Shown one piece after another: positions 28,180-32,000 of a stretch of DNA of 32,000 nucleotides (position 1 is its first letter; each line of letters opens with the position of its first letter). The notes below the pieces were generated by a model. The model was not told the origin of the DNA. It was given only the letters and a program-made list of their open reading frames with translations, and did not search any database. Both the position numbers and the translations under genes were made by a program. The stretch is from Dysgonomonas sp. (GTDB lineage Bacteria > Bacteroidota > Bacteroidia > Bacteroidales > Dysgonomonadaceae): assembly GCA_032477055.1 (NCBI GenBank), contig JAWDXP010000010.1, positions 89,702-121,701 of the forward strand, written 5' to 3'.

Positions 28180-28203
28180 AATAACTCACTCCATCGGGTT
28201 AAC
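28180..28203 (-). promoter_or_regulatory. Candidate autoregulated ECF promoter of the sigma gene: GTTAACCC-N12-TATT (minus strand)
   Basis: The plus strand reads GGGTTAAC at 28196-28203 and AATA at 28180-28183. The -10-like element lies about 30 nt upstream of the ATG at 28150. Confidence 0.45.
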
Positions 28204-28238
28204 AATTTTATTGAATGAGTGATGAACGAAGGTATCTT

Positions 28239-28439
28239 TTATTTTTGATTTATCAAATTTCTATTTCCTTTTATCGAATAAACAAGTAACCATATTAACT
28301 CTAATGAAAACGCAGAAAGAATAATATCACTCCAAGCCTTTATATTATACAAACGAATGGAGATTGAAGATTTTTTCCTGTCTGGATAGATAATTTCCAC
28401 TCCAAGTACGAATAAAACAAAGAGATTAAGAATCGACAT
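28239..28439 (-). CDS. Hypothetical small membrane protein (66 aa), weakly supported
   Basis: ATG-initiated ORF with two hydrophobic segments and no recognisable family. It lies in the 410-bp gap between the fimbrillin-like gene and the sigma gene, on the same strand as both. Confidence 0.25.
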   Translation of the reverse strand: MSILNLFVLFVLGVEIIYPDRKKSSISIRLYNIKAWSDIILSAFSLELIWLLVYSIKGNRNLINQK

Positions 28440-28502
28440 CTTAATCTCCTTGATAATATATACCCTTTAAAACTTTTCTATTCGGAATCCAATAATAAAT
28501 AC

Positions 28503-28541
28503 AGGCTGGAACAGACTATATTTCAAATCTAATTCCAGCCT
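28503..28541 (-). terminator. Stem-loop downstream of the fimbrillin-like gene (probable terminator)
   Basis: 9-bp stem AGGCTGGAA (28503-28511) / TTCCAGCCT (28533-28541) with a 21-nt loop. An alternative pairing is ACAGGCT (28501-28507) with AGCCTGT (28543-28549). The loop contains CAAATCTA (28524-28531), which reads as the -7-like box TAGATTTG on the minus strand. Confidence 0.5.
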
Positions 28542-28559
28542 GAGCCTGTTTATGAAAAG

Positions 28560-30188
28560 CTATTCTATTTCTTTATACTTAATAATAGCTACAATAGTTC
28601 CAAGGGCAGATTTATTCCGAACCACTACAGGATAATTATATTCATTGTATTCAATACTATATTTTTCAGTACTAGTATTACCATTAGGATATCTACCTGT
28701 CTCTTTTATCCTGTTATTAGATCCAAAAAAGATAATACTACGATTATTACTATAACCGCCTAAATCAAAGAAATCAAAGTTAGACCCTTTTATCTGTACA
28801 TATCTAAAAGGATTATTTTTTGAATCATATTCATAAGTATAATTTCCGTTTTCTTTTTCTAAAAATACCAGATTTCGACTACCGTCAAATTGGTAAGATA
28901 TGAAAGGAGAAAGAGTATATAAATTCCAAGTATCATTAGAGTACATTTTCCATCTGTCCGGATCTCTAAACTCTCCGGTATAATTAAACAAAAAAGTATT
29001 GTCACTATAAGAATAAATAAAACTTCCTACATCATTTAACTCTTTATATAGGTCTCCACTAGGAGTATAAGCTCTATAATGTTCAGTCCAACCAGACATA
29101 AGTCCTTCTTCGTTATAAGTAAAATTAATCACCTCTATTTTAGTGGCATAATTCTCAGATCCTATAGGGATATATTTCCTCGTGGTACCAACAAAGCTTG
29201 TGATCACATCTTTATCATAAGTAAAACTGAGTATATTACGTTCCGACTCCCCTGAATCTAAAAAGATAGAAGTTGCAATTTCAAGAGGTACAAGACGTTT
29301 TATACCCGATTCTTCAGGTTTACCTTCAATAATTTCAGTAGATTCCCAATTATTCACAGAAGTAGATCCCATGATAGCATCTTCGCTATATATTACAAGA
29401 TCGAAATGATAAGATTTACCCGATTCTAGAGTTAAACCCTCACTTGAATAATAAAATTGTTTTCCTGAAGATGGCAATGTGATTTTAAGCATTTGAGTCC
29501 CTTTTGAAACTGTTTGCGGAACAATTATACCACCATTTTCTGCTCCCAATTCTACTTCTCCCATTTCTGACAAATCCCCTAATTCTCCGGTCTGGTTATC
29601 AAACTCAATAGCTGTATAAACGTTTACGGCAACTACTTCGGCACCTGTAAGATCCAGAGTTGAAGTACCGGCTATCAATGAATAAGTGATACGTGAAAGC
29701 TTATGTTTAAATCCTAGGCTTATAGGATTGTCTGTAGGAGCCTGAGTAATTTCATCGGCAAACATCAGATCAGACTCGTGAATGTTAGCAACAGATCTTT
29801 GCATCGATTTCACAGCAAAAACATATCTTCTTGACGAAATTTCATTATAAGGATGATATGCTGATATTCTTACACTATTCCCATTTTCGGGATAATATTG
29901 TACCACACCTAGTAGATTTCCATCACCATCTGCCGTATAAGATAAATTCTGATCATAAGCTATAGAAGAAGAGCTTGCAACCTCATTAATAAATATACCG
30001 ACTTTTTGACCGCGAGCAATCTGATTCGGATCATAGCCCGACGATCTCAGAGCACTCGCAGATGATGTAAATTTAATAGCCTTTTTACCGACTTCAGTTC
30101 CCCCTCCGGTATAAGGTGATTCGCTGCTACATGAATATGTAAAAAACAGCGATAACAACATAATTACTGAGTAAAATAAATTTTTCAT
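28560..30188 (-). CDS. Fimbrillin-like (Mfa-like/type V pilin-fold) lipoprotein fused to a C-terminal YD-like repeat domain (542 aa)
   Basis: Lipobox 'LLSLFFTYSC|SS'. The N-terminal half carries Mfa-like signatures ('AIKFTSSASALR', 'SDLMFADEI', 'PISLGFKHKLSRITYSL'). The C-terminal ~250 aa contains six degenerate Y/F-x-Y/F-D/N repeats. Confidence 0.6.
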   Translation of the reverse strand: MKNLFYSVIMLLSLFFTYSCSSESPYTGGGTEVGKKAIKFTSSASALRSSGYDPNQIARGQKVGIFINEVASSSSIAYDQNLSYTADGDGNLLGVVQYYPENGNSVRISAYHPYNEISSRRYVFAVKSMQRSVANIHESDLMFADEITQAPTDNPISLGFKHKLSRITYSLIAGTSTLDLTGAEVVAVNVYTAIEFDNQTGELGDLSEMGEVELGAENGGIIVPQTVSKGTQMLKITLPSSGKQFYYSSEGLTLESGKSYHFDLVIYSEDAIMGSTSVNNWESTEIIEGKPEESGIKRLVPLEIATSIFLDSGESERNILSFTYDKDVITSFVGTTRKYIPIGSENYATKIEVINFTYNEEGLMSGWTEHYRAYTPSGDLYKELNDVGSFIYSYSDNTFLFNYTGEFRDPDRWKMYSNDTWNLYTLSPFISYQFDGSRNLVFLEKENGNYTYEYDSKNNPFRYVQIKGSNFDFFDLGGYSNNRSIIFFGSNNRIKETGRYPNGNTSTEKYSIEYNEYNYPVVVRNKSALGTIVAIIKYKEIE

Positions 30189-30262
30189 ACTTTTTTTGAT
30201 TAAAATAAACGCATATATATATCTAATTCCTATATCTTCGAGAAAGAAATATTACCGGAGAT

Positions 30263-30330
30263 TTTAAATAATACCCTCAATCCTTCTTTTTTTAAATAAC
30301 ACCCTCTTCTTCTTTGATAATACTCCCCTC
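30263..30330. repeat. Three imperfect direct repeats in the leader/promoter region of the fimbrillin-like gene
   Basis: The repeats are TTTAAATAATACCCTC (30263-30278), TTTAAATAACACCCTC (30291-30306; 15/16 identical, 28-nt period) and TTTGATAATACTCCCCTC (30313-30330). Each is followed by a CTTCTTT-like pyrimidine run. On the gene's strand they read GAGGGTRTTATTTAAA. Confidence 0.7.
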
Positions 30331-30357
30331 TCTCTAATATCTAACTCATTTGCAAGA

Positions 30358-30365
30358 CAAAATTA
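30358..30365 (-). promoter_or_regulatory. -7 promoter box TAATTTTG (minus strand) upstream of the fimbrillin-like gene
   Basis: The plus-strand CAAAATTA is TAATTTTG on the minus strand. This would give a leader of about 160 nt containing the three direct repeats. Confidence 0.35.
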
Positions 30366-30508
30366 AGCAAGATTAAATCTCACCAATAACCTTATATATA
30401 CCAATATGACTTTTATGAACTCAAAATCAACAACAAACTACTAATAAACAGAGCAATAACAAATATAAAACAATCCTTAAATATGACTTTTTCGGACAGA
30501 AATTAATC

Positions 30509-32000
30509 CTAAATTATTTCATTTTCTAAGAAATTAACAATATTTGCGTGTTCCCTCATCCCCATTTTTTTACGTATCAATGTTCGTTTTGCGACAATCG
30601 TACTAATACTCTTCCCAAGAAGAACGGAAATCTCTGAATTAGAAAATCCGATATAAATAAGACAACATATTTTAAACTCTACATCATCCAGACTCGGATA
30701 TTTCGAATTTATCTTCTCAAAAAAACCATCATGTAGTTCATTAATGGTCGTATATAGAATATCCCAATTAAATGAAGAGTCCTGATAAACAATTTCATTA
30801 AACTTCTTCAAGAGTTTATGACCTTTTTGCTTTTCATCATCACGTAAGTAGCTTTCCAATAACGCCGATTTTTTGAGAGTTTCGAAACGATTCAACAAGA
30901 TATTACGAGACGATTCTATTTTTTCATTATAGTCATCAGCCATTTGCCTAAGATCATATACCTTTTGTCGAATTTCAAGCAGTTCTTTTTCATATCGCTG
31001 CTTTCTGTAGTAAATAAAGAATGCAACAAGAATGATAATAAAAATTACCGCCAAAAGGATTATAGACAAATATTGCGTCTGAATTTTAAGCTTACTATTT
31101 GCATTCTTATCTGCCTGATACCGGTACTTTTCCTGAATATCGAGAAGCTCCTCACTATGCATATCCTCATAGATAAGATGTCGGCTTTCCAAGGAAAGCT
31201 TCCGATATTCCAATTCCTTTTTGTAATCTTTCTTTATTTCATAAAAATCCGCTAACTGAGTATATTGCGAAGCATAAAAATAGGGATTGTCAAGTTGTAT
31301 CTGGTCAGCTATCTCTCTCGACTTATTCACATAAAATATTGCAGAGTCTGCTTCATTTTTGTCATAAAACAAGGCAGCAAGATTCAGGCTTTTTATTAAA
31401 TCTTCACTACTGTAAGCTGCAAAGAAAGGCTTGGCTTGATAAAAAAATTGTTTTGCTTTCCAATTATCATTTTGCATACTACAGACCGTCCCTTTATTCA
31501 TAAGAAGATCGGCAATCCTGATAGAATCGTTTAAAGCTGATGCAATCTTAAGAGCCTTATCGCAATAGACAAGAGCACTGTCACTTTCAAAGTTTTTATC
31601 TTCTTTGTTACCTTTCTCATATTCTGTTGCCTTAATTATTATATAACACATAGCTACATCTCTTAAAGCCTGCATTTCTTTTGAAGAATTTTTGACCTCA
31701 TGAAAATACTGTGCAGCTTTTTTCATGTATGGTATAGCTTCTTCATCCATAAAATTGATAATGTGCAAATCTGCGATCAAGAACTGTATTTCCCCTTTCA
31801 GGTCAGTATCATCTGTTTGCTCAGCCATCTTTTCTGCATCCAAACAAACCACAATTGCTTTTTCACCCAGAGCCTGTTTTTTCAGAACCTGAGCATATAA
31901 ATAGGCACTTAATGCTCCTCGATTTATATCATTCTTTTTTGTATAATGTTCTTTTACTTCACGAATAATAGTATCAGATGATATATCCTGTCCCGAATTG
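30509..32000 (-). CDS. TPR-repeat / single-pass transmembrane / LuxR-type HTH transcriptional regulator, 5'-truncated by the window edge
   Basis: The track starts this ORF at a GTG (31852), but the frame stays open with no stop all the way to 32000 (...NSGQDISSDTIIREVKEHYTKKNDINRGALSAYLYAQVLKKQALGEKAIVVCLD...). The gene therefore continues beyond the window. TPR-like helices are followed by the TM 'YLSIILLAVIFIIILVAFFIYY', a coiled-coil linker and the C-terminal LuxR HTH 'FSNSEISVLLGKSISTIVAKRTLIRKKMG'. Confidence 0.8.
   Translation of the reverse strand, partial: NSGQDISSDTIIREVKEHYTKKNDINRGALSAYLYAQVLKKQALGEKAIVVCLDAEKMAEQTDDTDLKGEIQFLIADLHIINFMDEEAIPYMKKAAQYFHEVKNSSKEMQALRDVAMCYIIIKATEYEKGNKEDKNFESDSALVYCDKALKIASALNDSIRIADLLMNKGTVCSMQNDNWKAKQFFYQAKPFFAAYSSEDLIKSLNLAALFYDKNEADSAIFYVNKSREIADQIQLDNPYFYASQYTQLADFYEIKKDYKKELEYRKLSLESRHLIYEDMHSEELLDIQEKYRYQADKNANSKLKIQTQYLSIILLAVIFIIILVAFFIYYRKQRYEKELLEIRQKVYDLRQMADDYNEKIESSRNILLNRFETLKKSALLESYLRDDEKQKGHKLLKKFNEIVYQDSSFNWDILYTTINELHDGFFEKINSKYPSLDDVEFKICCLIYIGFSNSEISVLLGKSISTIVAKRTLIRKKMGMREHANIVNFLENEII

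Noticed and set aside
30406-30506. Two plus-strand mini-ORFs that both begin with MTF: ATGACTTTTATGAAC... (12 aa) at 30406 and ATGACTTTTTCGGAC... (7 aa) at 30483.
   Set aside because: They are a by-product of the AATATGACTTTT direct repeat. They are very short and lie opposite to both flanking genes, with no promoter box. They are more likely DNA-level repeats than coding sequence.

Overview
This is an AT-rich chromosomal segment that looks Bacteroidota/Bacteroidales-like. That placement is an inference from three things: a SusC/SusD pair, many lipobox lipoproteins, and promoter boxes of the Bacteroides TTTG / TAnnTTTG type. All family calls come from motif recognition by eye. No HMM or BLAST search was possible.

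The left half (1-15 kb) carries housekeeping and envelope genes. They are a GNAT acetyltransferase, a secreted DPP-IV (S9B) peptidase, a Crp/Fnr-like regulator, and an acyltransferase-3 membrane protein. Next come a 1166-aa DUF2723/TMEM260-like GT-C membrane protein, a CE4 polysaccharide deacetylase, queA, a DUF2027-Smr protein and a LEA2-like lipoprotein. A TauE/SafE-DUF1634-WbuC operon, a Rieske-fold-like lipoprotein and a tRNA-Gly(GCC)/tRNA-Leu(UAA) pair with promoter and terminator complete this half.

The right half (15-32 kb) begins with one minus-strand polysaccharide-utilisation-type operon. Its order is ECF sigma, FecR anti-sigma, SusC (with STN signalling extension), SusD, a split LysO/DUF340 transporter, GH2 beta-galactosidase and a GH63-like lipoprotein hydrolase. 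After it come an orphan fimbrillin-like lipoprotein with a YD-like repeat C-terminal domain and a TPR/transmembrane/LuxR regulator that runs off the window edge.

No CRISPR array, rRNA, transposase or integrase was seen.

The most interesting observations are:
- A lysine-exporter-family (LysO) transporter sits inside a minimal GH2 + GH63-like PUL. This suggests, speculatively, a substrate such as glucosyl-galactosyl-hydroxylysine.
- A motif GTTAACCC-N12-TATT occurs upstream of both the ECF sigma gene and susC.
- A pseudogenised 5' copy of the acyltransferase gene lies upstream of the crp-like gene, with a textbook promoter starting where the homology ends.
- The orphan pilin-like/YD-repeat fusion has direct repeats in its leader region.
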